Assembly: GCA_943354605.1 (NCBI GenBank)
Contig: CALRCK010000002.1
Coordinates: forward strand, 6,280 to 70,279
Reading direction: 5' to 3'
DNA: 64,000 nt
From: Candidatus Uhrbacteria bacterium
GTDB taxonomy: Bacteria > Patescibacteriota > Patescibacteriia > UBA9934
Below, piece after piece: positions 56,103-64,000 of this stretch. Positions within the stretch are counted from its first letter, which is position 1, and each line of letters opens with the position of its first letter. The notes under the pieces were generated by a model, which was given only the letters and a program-made list of their open reading frames with translations, searched no databases and had not been told where the DNA came from. The position numbers were made by a program, and so were the translations under genes.

Positions 56103-57291
56103 CTTCTGTAAAGAATTCAATAAGGCGTTCCGCGTACTTCGTAAGAACGTATGGCGCAACACTTTCGCGCATTGCCTCACCACGAGTAGCGTATACATCT
56201 TTCTCGGCATCCATAATTCGGATTGCGCGCAAAAAATCTGTCTCGTCCCCCGGCGTGAACAACAATCCCGTTTTGCCATCCTGAATCAATTCACCAACGC
56301 CACCAATTCGTGAAGCGATCAATGGAATGCCTGCCGACAATGCTTCGTAAATCACCGTTGGAGAATTCTCGTAGCACAAGCTTGGAACCACGACGGCATC
56401 CACCGCTGCGATGCACTTCATCACCTCCTCCTGCGGCGTGTATCCCAAATACACAATACGTTTGTCGTGCTGCGCGCGCTCTTCAACCATCGACCGCAAC
56501 GGACCGCCGCCAACGATCTGCAACTGCGCATCACCCTCGTATTTTGAAAATGCATCCAAAAGAAATCCAAGACCCTTGTGATATCCGAGCTGCCCAATAA
56601 ACAATAATCGCAACGGACCAGAACGATGTGGATCACGAAGGACATCCGATGGCTTTGGCGATGGGTTTGGAACAAAGCGAACGTCGGTATCCTTAAAATA
56701 TCCAACCTTCTTATACTCATCGATGAGGAATTGCGACGGAGAAAGCACGAGCGATGGCTTGCCCAACCGCGCACGGCAAATTGCACGGTACACGATGTAT
56801 CCAGGCTTGGCGTACCACGGCTCTTTTTCCTGGCCGAACATACGAAGACCCGAAGGAATAACCAACTGCAAGTCGTGCATGATGTGCACATGCGGAATGT
56901 TCATCGCTTGAATAGCGCCGGGAATGCGCAAGCCAATGCCCTTCAAATTATGTGTAACCACAACATCGGGTTTTTCGTCGGCAAGAATTTGAGACACCGC
57001 AGAGCGACCGCTAAACGAAAATGCATCGATGATGTGCCACAATAAACGCACCGGCCACGAGTGTTTGTAATCGTCGAGCGTGAAATACACGTTTTGGGGA
57101 AAGAATCGATACACGCGTTCAACACTCAACCTCCCCAGCGAAATTCCGACGCCCTTATCCTTTGGTTGCCCAGTGATAATAAAAATATCATGTCCCATGG
57201 CCAACAACTGCTCAACAGTACGAACGATGACGTTTTCCGCACCACCACGCGTGTGTGGCGGATAGAGATTCGTGATGATTCCAATTTTCAT
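56077..57291 (-). CDS. Family 4 glycosyltransferase (GT-B, group 1).
   Basis: The N-terminus is MKIGIITNLYPPHTRGGAE. The C-terminal domain has an E-x7-E-type motif (VVPSLCYENSPTVIYEALSAGIP). Confidence 0.8.
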   Translation of the reverse strand: MKIGIITNLYPPHTRGGAENVIVRTVEQLLAMGHDIFIITGQPKDKGVGISLGRLSVERVYRFFPQNVYFTLDDYKHSWPVRLLWHIIDAFSFSGRSAVSQILADEKPDVVVTHNLKGIGLRIPGAIQAMNIPHVHIMHDLQLVIPSGLRMFGQEKEPWYAKPGYIVYRAICRARLGKPSLVLSPSQFLIDEYKKVGYFKDTDVRFVPNPSPKPSDVLRDPHRSGPLRLLFIGQLGYHKGLGFLLDAFSKYEGDAQLQIVGGGPLRSMVEERAQHDKRIVYLGYTPQEEVMKCIAAVDAVVVPSLCYENSPTVIYEALSAGIPLIASRIGGVGELIQDGKTGLLFTPGDETDFLRAIRIMDAEKDVYATRGEAMRESVAPYVLTKYAERLIEFFTEAIARSLRS

Positions 57292-57303
57292 AAGCAACGA
57301 TCG

Positions 57304-58419
57304 TTACAAGTTGTTGTACACCTGGAGCAAACGCCTCGCAAGGATTCGTTCATCGTACAGTGCACAAGCCCGAACCCTTGCCCGTTCTCCGCAATGCTTC
57401 GCAAAGTTTTCATCGCCACAGAATCGATTCAACGCCGCCGTCAACGACGCAACGTCGTTTGGAACCACAAGACTTCCCGTTTCATTTGGAACAATCAACG
57501 ATCGCACACCCGGCAAATCCGAGACGATGCTTGGAACGCCGCTCGCCATTGCCTCGAGCGTCACAAGACCAAATGCCTCAGAACGATCGATAGACGGGAG
57601 AACGTGGATATTCGCGGCCTGATATGCAAGCGGCAAATCTTCAAAAGGAATCGATCCCGCGAAGTGGACCCGATCACTCACTCCAAGATCGGCTGCGAGT
57701 GATTCGAATGTTTTTCGATTATTTCCATCGCCAACAATCAAGAGCTGCCACGGTGTCGTCATCGCAGCGCACGCAGAAAGCAACACATCGACACCTTTAA
57801 AATAATGCGCACGATCGAGTCCGCCAACGAACAGAATCGTTGGAACATTCTCGCAAAGACCAAATATGTTACGAGCCGTCGCGCGGTCACCCGGAACAAA
57901 TCTCTCTGTATCAATCCCGAATGGCAACGCTTCGATATTTCGATGCCGCACATGATGTTCTTGAGCGTATTCCTTCGAGCTCACGACAAGCACTTTCGCC
58001 GTCTGAAAAATGAATCGTTCAAGCGCCAATCGATACGCGCGAAACGTCAGTCCAAGAATGCCCGACGCCTTTGGCCGCATATGGTACGTCACGACAAGCG
58101 GAATGTTCCAAAGCTTTGCCGCAAATGCTACGAGAATATCGCTCCCAAAAAATGGATAGTGCAAATGCACCACGTCGTATCCTCGGAGCTTCTTCACGAG
58201 ATCAAGTAATACCGCGCCATTCCCCCATGCATAAAACGGTTGAAGGCGGGTGGTTCCCGTCTCAATGCCTGTAGGAATCTTGTGCGTTGGTGTAAAAACA
58301 TCGACCGTTTGGCCGAGCGCGCGAAGGCATCGCGCGTCATGAGCGGCAGCTGTCCCAATACCACCGCGGTATGGCGGATAGACCGGAGTGACGATTGCGA
58401 TCCGACGAAAAGTACTCAC
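57304..58419 (-). CDS. Family 4 glycosyltransferase (GT-B, group 1).
   Basis: It has RRIAIVTPVYPPYRGGIGT and a C-terminal SIDRSEAFGLVTLEAMASGVP. The start is chosen at GTG (MSTFRRIAIV). Confidence 0.8.
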   Translation of the reverse strand: MSTFRRIAIVTPVYPPYRGGIGTAAAHDARCLRALGQTVDVFTPTHKIPTGIETGTTRLQPFYAWGNGAVLLDLVKKLRGYDVVHLHYPFFGSDILVAFAAKLWNIPLVVTYHMRPKASGILGLTFRAYRLALERFIFQTAKVLVVSSKEYAQEHHVRHRNIEALPFGIDTERFVPGDRATARNIFGLCENVPTILFVGGLDRAHYFKGVDVLLSACAAMTTPWQLLIVGDGNNRKTFESLAADLGVSDRVHFAGSIPFEDLPLAYQAANIHVLPSIDRSEAFGLVTLEAMASGVPSIVSDLPGVRSLIVPNETGSLVVPNDVASLTAALNRFCGDENFAKHCGERARVRACALYDERILARRLLQVYNNL

Positions 58420-58420
58420 A

Positions 58421-58759
58421 TTATGAACGGTGGTGATGCTTTGGATGATCGATAGCAATCGAACGGACGAGCTCGGTAATTTCCTCGCTCATTTTTTGCT
58501 GGCGTACCATGATACGCAATACCGCATACAGCAAAAACGTCACAGCAAGATACACGAGCAAATCCGCACCACGACCGATTCCAGCAAGAGCAGCAATGCG
58601 ATCCGTTGCCTGGGGCATGAGCGCAACGCCGATCACCGTCGTCCAAAGCACTGACCACACGACAACCCAATACCTTGAAACCTGTTTTCGTGAATACTGC
58701 TTTACCGAACGAAGAATCGCATACAATGAGAACGCAACAAGGAAAAGTTGAAACATCAT
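58421..58759 (-). CDS. DUF2304-like small membrane protein, the usual partner of GtrB/DPM1-like GT2 genes.
   Basis: A 112-aa protein with three TM helices, immediately downstream of the polyprenyl-phosphate glycosyltransferase. Confidence 0.4.
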   Translation of the reverse strand: MMFQLFLVAFSLYAILRSVKQYSRKQVSRYWVVVWSVLWTTVIGVALMPQATDRIAALAGIGRGADLLVYLAVTFLLYAVLRIMVRQQKMSEEITELVRSIAIDHPKHHHRS

Positions 58760-58761
58760 AA

Positions 58762-59442
58762 TTATCCAACAATTTTTTTCTTCAGAATATCTTTTGCCGT
58801 GAGTAGTGCCTTCAGCGTTGACTGACCTTTTTGCAGCGTTTCCACGGAATAGGAAATGCGAACCGGTCGTTCAGTGTATCGTAAACGCTTCGCCTGAATG
58901 AGGTCGAGAATTTCTGATGCATGCGCCATTCGATCAATCGAGATCCGCATCACCCCGGCAGCATGACGAGAGAGCGCACGAAACCCGTTGTGTGTATCAG
59001 TGACCCGAATCCCAGAAAGCGCAACAGTGAACAGCGTCCCAAGACGAATGAGAATCTTTCGTATGATTGGCATGTCCTTCGCGGAAACCCCAAGGAATCG
59101 AGACCCAAGAACAACGTCCGCTTCACCACCAACAATCGGTTTCACCATCATGGGAATTTCGTCTCCGCGCATCTGACCGTCGGCATCAAAATGTACAAGA
59201 ATATCCGCACCAAGCTCCTGAAGCGCAAAATCTGTTCCCGTTTGAATTGCCGCACCCTGTCCACGATTCAGAATATGACGAAGCACGGTAATGCAATCTC
59301 GAGAAGGAATATCCACGGTGTCGTCGGTTGATCCGTCGTCCACCATCACGACGTGGTCAACGAAGCGCACAGCATCGAGAATCGCAGATTCTGTGAGTGC
59401 TTTTCCCTTGTTATACGCTGGAATAATCGCAACAACACGCAT
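58762..59442 (-). CDS. Polyprenyl-phosphate glycosyltransferase (GT2, GtrB/ArnC/DPM1-like).
   Basis: It has VAIIPAYN, DDGSTDDT and DADGQ (a DxD-type motif). At 226 aa it is a typical soluble DPM1-like size. Confidence 0.8.
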   Translation of the reverse strand: MRVVAIIPAYNKGKALTESAILDAVRFVDHVVMVDDGSTDDTVDIPSRDCITVLRHILNRGQGAAIQTGTDFALQELGADILVHFDADGQMRGDEIPMMVKPIVGGEADVVLGSRFLGVSAKDMPIIRKILIRLGTLFTVALSGIRVTDTHNGFRALSRHAAGVMRISIDRMAHASEILDLIQAKRLRYTERPVRISYSVETLQKGQSTLKALLTAKDILKKKIVG

Positions 59443-59462
59443 ATATCTTCCAGTGTGGCGAT

Positions 59463-60473
59463 CTACGTACCATTGGTCAAGAGGAGCTTGTTTGCGCGAA
59501 CGTAGTCAATAGTTTTCGCGAATCCGTCCTCCAAACGCACTAACGGAATCCAATTCAGCTGATTTCGAGCCTTCGTAAGATCTGGTAGGCCCATTTGCGT
59601 CAGAAATGGCTGTGCAGGTTCGTATACAATCTCCGACGTGCTTTCCGCGAGTTTGATGATATTCGCCGCAACGTCGCGCATCGGCAACTCAACATCACTC
59701 CCAATATTCACCGGACCAACACTTGGTTCTGCGCGCATCAGACGAATCAACGCATCGACAACGTCGGAAACATAAATCAACGCCGTTGTCGTGGATTCAT
59801 CACCAGAGATGGCGAGCGGTTTGTTGTCGAGCGCCGCAAGAACGAAGTCTGGAATTTGGTGCCCCTGAAACAGCGGCATGCGCGGCCCGAACGTTCGGAA
59901 AATTCGCGCAATCTTTGCATCGAGGTGATGAACGCTTGCGTAGGTGGTGACCATCGTTTCCGCAAAACGCTTCCCCTCGTTGTACGGAGCGCGTGGCGTG
60001 AGGTGATTCACAACGCCAAGATGCTCTTCATTAAAAAGCTTCACGTCAGGAGTTCGATTCCCGTAAATCACCGCACTCGACGCAAGCAAAAACTTCGCCT
60101 TGTATTTCACGGCAATATCGAGCATGTTTCGCGTTCCGATGCTATTTGCGAGAAGCGTTGGAATACGAAACTCCTCAAATCCTTTCGAAATTGTTGGCAT
60201 CGCAAGGTGGTACACCTCGTGTACGCCAATAAATTTCACTTTGAACGGTTCAAGCTCGGCAAACGACGCAAGGTCGAACGCGTCGTTCACGTCAATGCGC
60301 AAAAACTGAAAATCAGGATTCCGCAAAAGTCCTTCAATGTTTCGCACGTGACCCGTCGAAAAGTTATCAATACAGATCACGCGATTCCCTTCTCGCAATA
60401 ACGCTTCACACAAAAACGACCCAATGAATCCCGCCCCTCCCGTGACCACTGACGTTTTTTGTTCTAATGACAT
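59463..60473 (-). CDS. NAD-dependent SDR epimerase/dehydratase, UDP-glucuronate decarboxylase (UXS)-like.
   Basis: It has VVTGGAGFIGSFLCEAL, a catalytic YxxxK (YNEGKRF) and a UXS/ArnA-decarboxylase-like length and motifs. The start is chosen at MSLEQKT. Confidence 0.7.
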   Translation of the reverse strand: MSLEQKTSVVTGGAGFIGSFLCEALLREGNRVICIDNFSTGHVRNIEGLLRNPDFQFLRIDVNDAFDLASFAELEPFKVKFIGVHEVYHLAMPTISKGFEEFRIPTLLANSIGTRNMLDIAVKYKAKFLLASSAVIYGNRTPDVKLFNEEHLGVVNHLTPRAPYNEGKRFAETMVTTYASVHHLDAKIARIFRTFGPRMPLFQGHQIPDFVLAALDNKPLAISGDESTTTALIYVSDVVDALIRLMRAEPSVGPVNIGSDVELPMRDVAANIIKLAESTSEIVYEPAQPFLTQMGLPDLTKARNQLNWIPLVRLEDGFAKTIDYVRANKLLLTNGT

Positions 60474-60514
60474 ATTTTGTAGAGACGGCCCGCTGAGCCG
60501 TTGTGATGAAACAT

Positions 60515-62602
60515 TTACCACCCAGCAAAAAATGCGCCGGTGGTAGAGCCAAAGGTTGGCGCATGCCACGATCCAAGAACGGTTTTTCCGTCAGACACCG
60601 TCAGTGTGACTAAACCAGCATCCACGTTTTCCATCGTCATCATATCATCCCAGCCATCAAGATCGAGATCCGTACCAACCGTCGCTGTTCCGGAAGACGC
60701 CTGATCCTGAAGAACAAACACTCCAACGAGTGAGCCGATGGTCCGAACAACATTCACTGTGTTCCCCGAAGACAAGTTGCTCACGAAAATGTCGTCAATA
60801 AGATCCCCGTCGCGGTCGCCAGCCGAAACGCTCACCGCGGTCGCGCTTGGGAATGGAACAAAGTCCACGAGATATTTCCCATCGTTGTCGTACACCGCAA
60901 CATGGATCGCACCATCAATAACGCCGCTGACCACAACTTCGTCCGCAGAGTCTTGATCAATGTCTGCAGTAGAGACGGAGAGCGCCGAACTTGATGGGAA
61001 CACCGACGCTGGGAAACGGAAAATTTCTTCCCCGCTCTCGCTCCATGCAACAACGTCTTGGCTAACGCCCTCGCCAACCGCGGTAACAATATCGTCCTCG
61101 CCGTCGCCGTTGATATCACCAACAGCAACAGAAACGCCGTGGCTCGACGCGTTGTCGTATGCAAAAAACTCGTGGTCGACCGCACCGAAGGCTTTAAACA
61201 CTCGAACGTGCGGGCCACCGGATTCACCAGCACCGGTCACAATTTCCGGAATGCCATCGTGATCATTATTGATGGTTGCCACACGAACGCCACCGTGAAA
61301 GTTGCTCGAATACGCCATAAACCTTGCGTATTCCGATCCATCCGCCCGCCGAACATCAACTGCTGGCGCAACACCAGACGGTGCACCAAAAACGGCAAAC
61401 GAATATCTGAGAACATCCTCAGATCCTGTCGCAACGTCGGACTTCGTCGATTCCGAATCTGTGGCGGACGATGCTGACGCAGCGGGAATGGATGTCTCAA
61501 CATCCACTGCCGGAGCGTATGAAGACGCCATCGAAAGCGCCCGGTCAATATTCAATCGACCCGCCCCAAGCTGACCAGACGTAAAACCAGTGATCGTGAC
61601 TGGATCCACCGAAAGCTTCAGAATATTTCTCACGTCCGCTGCAGAAAGACTAGGAAATCGGGAAAAAAGAAGCGCCGCAGCACCAGCAACAAGCGGTGAT
61701 GCCATAGACGTTCCGCTCCATCCGCCCTGATAAAGGTCTGGATACCCGGCACGAGTGTTTTGATACGCCAATCCATACACATCGGTCCCCGGCGCAGCAA
61801 CGTCGGCACAAATCGTTCCAAAATTCGTAAAAGGAGCCCCATGGTCCGTTTCGTCAATGGCCGTTACGCCAATCACCCAATCGTCGTCTGTTGTTCGTAG
61901 GCATGCGGGATACACCGGATTCGCATTCGTATCGCGGGCATCGTTTCCCATTGCTGCAACAACCACAACGCCATGTGCGTATGCATCTTTGACCGCATTT
62001 TGCAGTGCCGTGTGTGCCTCGTTCCCCGCAAAACTCAAATTAATGACTTTCGCACCATTCCGTACCGCGTATCGAATAGCATTCGCAGCATCGTATTCTG
62101 TTCCGCTGCCCTGATCATCGAGCATGCGCACCGGCATAATTTTTACCGACCAATTGACGCCAGAAATACCAACATGATTATCGCCAACCGCACCAATTTC
62201 CCCGGCAATAAGTGTTCCGTGCAAAATCGCTTCTTCCGACGAATCGTTCTTCGGGCTTGGTGAAGGATCGTTGTCGCCACCAATAAAATCCCAGCCATGC
62301 ACGTCGTCCACAAAGCCATTCGCGTCGTCGTCTTCCCCATTCCCCGGAATTTCTTTTGTGTTCACCCAAAGGTTATCTACGATATCCTCATGCGTGAGAT
62401 CGAGGCCCGTATCGAGCACTGCAACAGTTACCGAGGACGAACCCGTGGTAACGTCCCACGCCGCTGGAGCATGGATTGCGTCCAAATACCACTGCTGTTC
62501 AGCGTATCGAGGATCGTTAGGCGTTTGGGCAAGAACAAGCGATGGGATAAGCGCGGCGGAGGCTGCAGCAGCAATCACACGCGAAAAAAAGCGATATCGC
62601 AT
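60515..62602 (-). CDS. Secreted S8 subtilisin-like serine peptidase with C-terminal FG-GAP/VCBS-like repeats.
   Basis: It has a signal peptide and the catalytic Asp (VAVLDTGL), His (HGTLIAG) and Ser (GTSMASPLVAGAAAL). C-terminal repeats contain DxDGDG motifs. Confidence 0.85.
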   Translation of the reverse strand: MRYRFFSRVIAAAASAALIPSLVLAQTPNDPRYAEQQWYLDAIHAPAAWDVTTGSSSVTVAVLDTGLDLTHEDIVDNLWVNTKEIPGNGEDDDANGFVDDVHGWDFIGGDNDPSPSPKNDSSEEAILHGTLIAGEIGAVGDNHVGISGVNWSVKIMPVRMLDDQGSGTEYDAANAIRYAVRNGAKVINLSFAGNEAHTALQNAVKDAYAHGVVVVAAMGNDARDTNANPVYPACLRTTDDDWVIGVTAIDETDHGAPFTNFGTICADVAAPGTDVYGLAYQNTRAGYPDLYQGGWSGTSMASPLVAGAAALLFSRFPSLSAADVRNILKLSVDPVTITGFTSGQLGAGRLNIDRALSMASSYAPAVDVETSIPAASASSATDSESTKSDVATGSEDVLRYSFAVFGAPSGVAPAVDVRRADGSEYARFMAYSSNFHGGVRVATINNDHDGIPEIVTGAGESGGPHVRVFKAFGAVDHEFFAYDNASSHGVSVAVGDINGDGEDDIVTAVGEGVSQDVVAWSESGEEIFRFPASVFPSSSALSVSTADIDQDSADEVVVSGVIDGAIHVAVYDNDGKYLVDFVPFPSATAVSVSAGDRDGDLIDDIFVSNLSSGNTVNVVRTIGSLVGVFVLQDQASSGTATVGTDLDLDGWDDMMTMENVDAGLVTLTVSDGKTVLGSWHAPTFGSTTGAFFAGW

Positions 62603-62795
62603 AGAATGTTTTAATTATCCCACGCGGAGCAACGAAACAAAAGAACGGTACCCACAGGCACTGTCCTCGACTAACTTAGTTAGTCACAAACTAAGTTAGT
62701 CACAGGCCTCATTGACGAAGGAAAGAAAGTGAGAAAAAATAGACTCAATCCCCACGCCCGAAAGGCCTGGGTTTTTATTTGGCCGCAAATGATTT

Positions 62796-63374
62796 ATGCG
62801 GAATATTATTTTCGGAACTGGCGAGTTTTATCATATTTACAATCGCGGTGTGGACAAGCGAACAACTTTTCTCGAAAGCCAACACTACAAACATTTCATG
62901 TTTCTCGCCGGAAGAAGCAAACACGAAATAGGGACAGGAAAACACCTTGTAAATCTGCATGCCTACGCCCTGATGCCAAATCACTTTCATTTTCTCCTTG
63001 AGCAAATGTGCGACGATGGCATAGCGCAGTTTATGCAACGTCTGAGCACTAGCTATACTCGGTGGTTCAATCATCAAAACAACCGAACAGGCAGCCTCTT
63101 TGAAACAACCTACAAAGCCAAACATATCGATACAAACGCCTACCTCGCGGTCGTTGCCGCCTATATTCATCGAAACCCGCTCGATATCATCGGAACCGAT
63201 TCAGTAGAAAATCTTGATACGTACGAATGGTCAAGCTATCCGCACTATCGAGGAATTGTAAAAAATCCCATAGTAGACGATGCGATGCTTTTCGATTTCT
63301 TTGGTGGGAAGGATTGTATTCAAAACTTTCACCAAAAATCCTTTACTCTTGGCATTGATGGCTTCGCGGAATAA
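62796..63374 (+). CDS. HUH-family Y1 tyrosine transposase (REP-associated tyrosine transposase / IS200-like TnpA).
   Basis: It has the HUH motif (NHFHFLL) and a catalytic Tyr region (TSYTRWFNHQNNRTGSLFETTYKAKHI). The roughly 190-aa size fits the family. Confidence 0.7.
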   Translation: MRNIIFGTGEFYHIYNRGVDKRTTFLESQHYKHFMFLAGRSKHEIGTGKHLVNLHAYALMPNHFHFLLEQMCDDGIAQFMQRLSTSYTRWFNHQNNRTGSLFETTYKAKHIDTNAYLAVVAAYIHRNPLDIIGTDSVENLDTYEWSSYPHYRGIVKNPIVDDAMLFDFFGGKDCIQNFHQKSFTLGIDGFAE

Positions 63375-63413
63375 CAAACTAAGTTTGAGACTAACTAAGT
63401 TAGTCAGCTTGTG

Positions 63414-63453
63414 AAACAAAAGAACGGTGCCCACAGGCACCGTTCTTTTGTTT
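63414..63453. terminator. Perfect 17-bp-stem hairpin with a T-run. It acts as a bidirectional terminator at the element's right end.
   Basis: The hairpin aacaaaagaacggtgcc-cacag-gcaccgttcttttgtt is followed by tttatc. Confidence 0.6.
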
Positions 63454-64000
63454 TTATCGAGGAGCTTCGCAAGTTGCGAGCTTGTCTTGTTGTTCTTGTT
63501 TTAAGACTGCCGCGTCGTCTGGCGATAGAGATATCGCAACATCATAATGTGCTTTACCCTGATCACAATCTCCAGTCTCAAAGAACCAATCGCCAAGCGC
63601 GGTCATGGTCCATGGGGTCTGCAGAAGATTCTTATACGCATCGTCCAACACCGCCTTCACATCATTACGACGATCCGGATAGTGGAGTTTTAAGAATTCA
63701 ACGTAGTCACGATAATATTCCTCGGTTTTTAAAAGGTCGAGCGATTTTTTGTATCCCGCTTCTGCATTTGGATAATCCGTCATCAGTTCCAAAAGGGCAG
63801 CGTACGAATTCCACGCAACGTACGACGTTGGCATGAGGGCCAAATATTTCTCATAGGTTTTACGGGACGCAACCAAATCACCAAGCATCTTTTCGTTTTC
63901 GGCAATAACAAGGTAGAGCTGATTATCAACCTCGGCGCCGGAAGAAACCTGCGACGCCAACGATGCTTGCGCGGTTGCAAGGCGCTGTTGCAGTAATACC
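63454..64000 (-). CDS. Tetratricopeptide-repeat protein. The 5' end lies beyond the window.
   Basis: It has TPR-like repeats (YEKYLALMPTSYVAWNSYAALLE...). The ORF continues in frame past 64000. Confidence 0.6.
   Translation of the reverse strand, partial: VLLQQRLATAQASLASQVSSGAEVDNQLYLVIAENEKMLGDLVASRKTYEKYLALMPTSYVAWNSYAALLELMTDYPNAEAGYKKSLDLLKTEEYYRDYVEFLKLHYPDRRNDVKAVLDDAYKNLLQTPWTMTALGDWFFETGDCDQGKAHYDVAISLSPDDAAVLKQEQQDKLATCEAPR

Larger units (their letters stand above)
62636..63453 (+). mobile_element. Tyrosine-transposase (RAYT/IS200-like) unit. The transposase gene is flanked by inverted REP-like ends and by roughly 27-bp direct repeats.
   Basis: The direct repeat aacaaa(a)gaacggtRcccacaggcac is at 62636-62662 and 63414-63440. 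The inverted ends gactaacttagttagtc... are at 62669-62701 and, reverse-complemented, 63374-63406. A solo copy is at 35122-35156. Confidence 0.6.

Noticed and set aside
1-64000. CRISPR arrays, rRNA genes and integrases.
   Set aside because: No run of regularly spaced direct repeats, no rRNA-like sequence and no tyrosine or serine recombinase ORF was found in the window.

Overview
This is a gene-dense bacterial chromosome fragment of about 50% GC, with most genes on the minus strand. The dense envelope, cell-wall and tRNA content looks consistent with a small-genome bacterium, but the lineage cannot be determined from the sequence alone.

All protein calls come from reading motifs in the six-frame translations myself, not from a database search. 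Coordinates are approximate to within a few nucleotides, and start codons may be GTG or TTG because the ORF track uses alternative starts.

The window contains:
- A partial uvrC, then dnaB, ybaB, recR and an HU gene.
- An HtrA-like protease, gpsA and an SPFH-domain protein.
- A scrambled division/cell-wall block (ftsX-ftsE, murE, murD, murG, ftsW, mraY) interrupted by a P-type ATPase.
- pyrG, rpmA, rplI, a NUDIX hydrolase and an S41 C-terminal protease.
- A dTDP-rhamnose locus (rfbA, a fused rfbD-rfbC, rfbB) with four GT2 glycosyltransferases.
- A second envelope-glycosylation block with a UDP-glucuronate-decarboxylase-like gene, a GtrB/DPM1-like GT2, a DUF2304-like gene, two GT4 genes, GT-C-like membrane proteins, a CDP-alcohol phosphatidyltransferase and an S8 subtilase.
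- Four tRNAs: Gln, Thr, Gly and Lys.

The most striking feature is a roughly 125-nt conserved intergenic element present in seven copies (one truncated) on both strands. Each copy is closed by a copy-specific complementary stem and usually ends 1-10 nt before a tRNA 5' end or a start codon. I read this as a candidate novel structured cis-acting RNA family.

Other notable features:
- Four short single-gene islands of about 60-65% GC.
- An AT-rich islet next to tRNA-Gln carrying a MazF/PemK-like toxin with no recognisable MazE.
- A tyrosine-transposase (RAYT/IS200-like) unit with inverted REP-like ends, plus a solo REP overlapping the pyrG 3' end.
- A second palindromic repeat family (GTCATCCCCGCGAAGGCGGGGATC).
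- Twin operator-like palindromes upstream of uvrC, and another pair downstream of murG.
- A candidate small RNA with a near-consensus promoter.

No CRISPR array was found.
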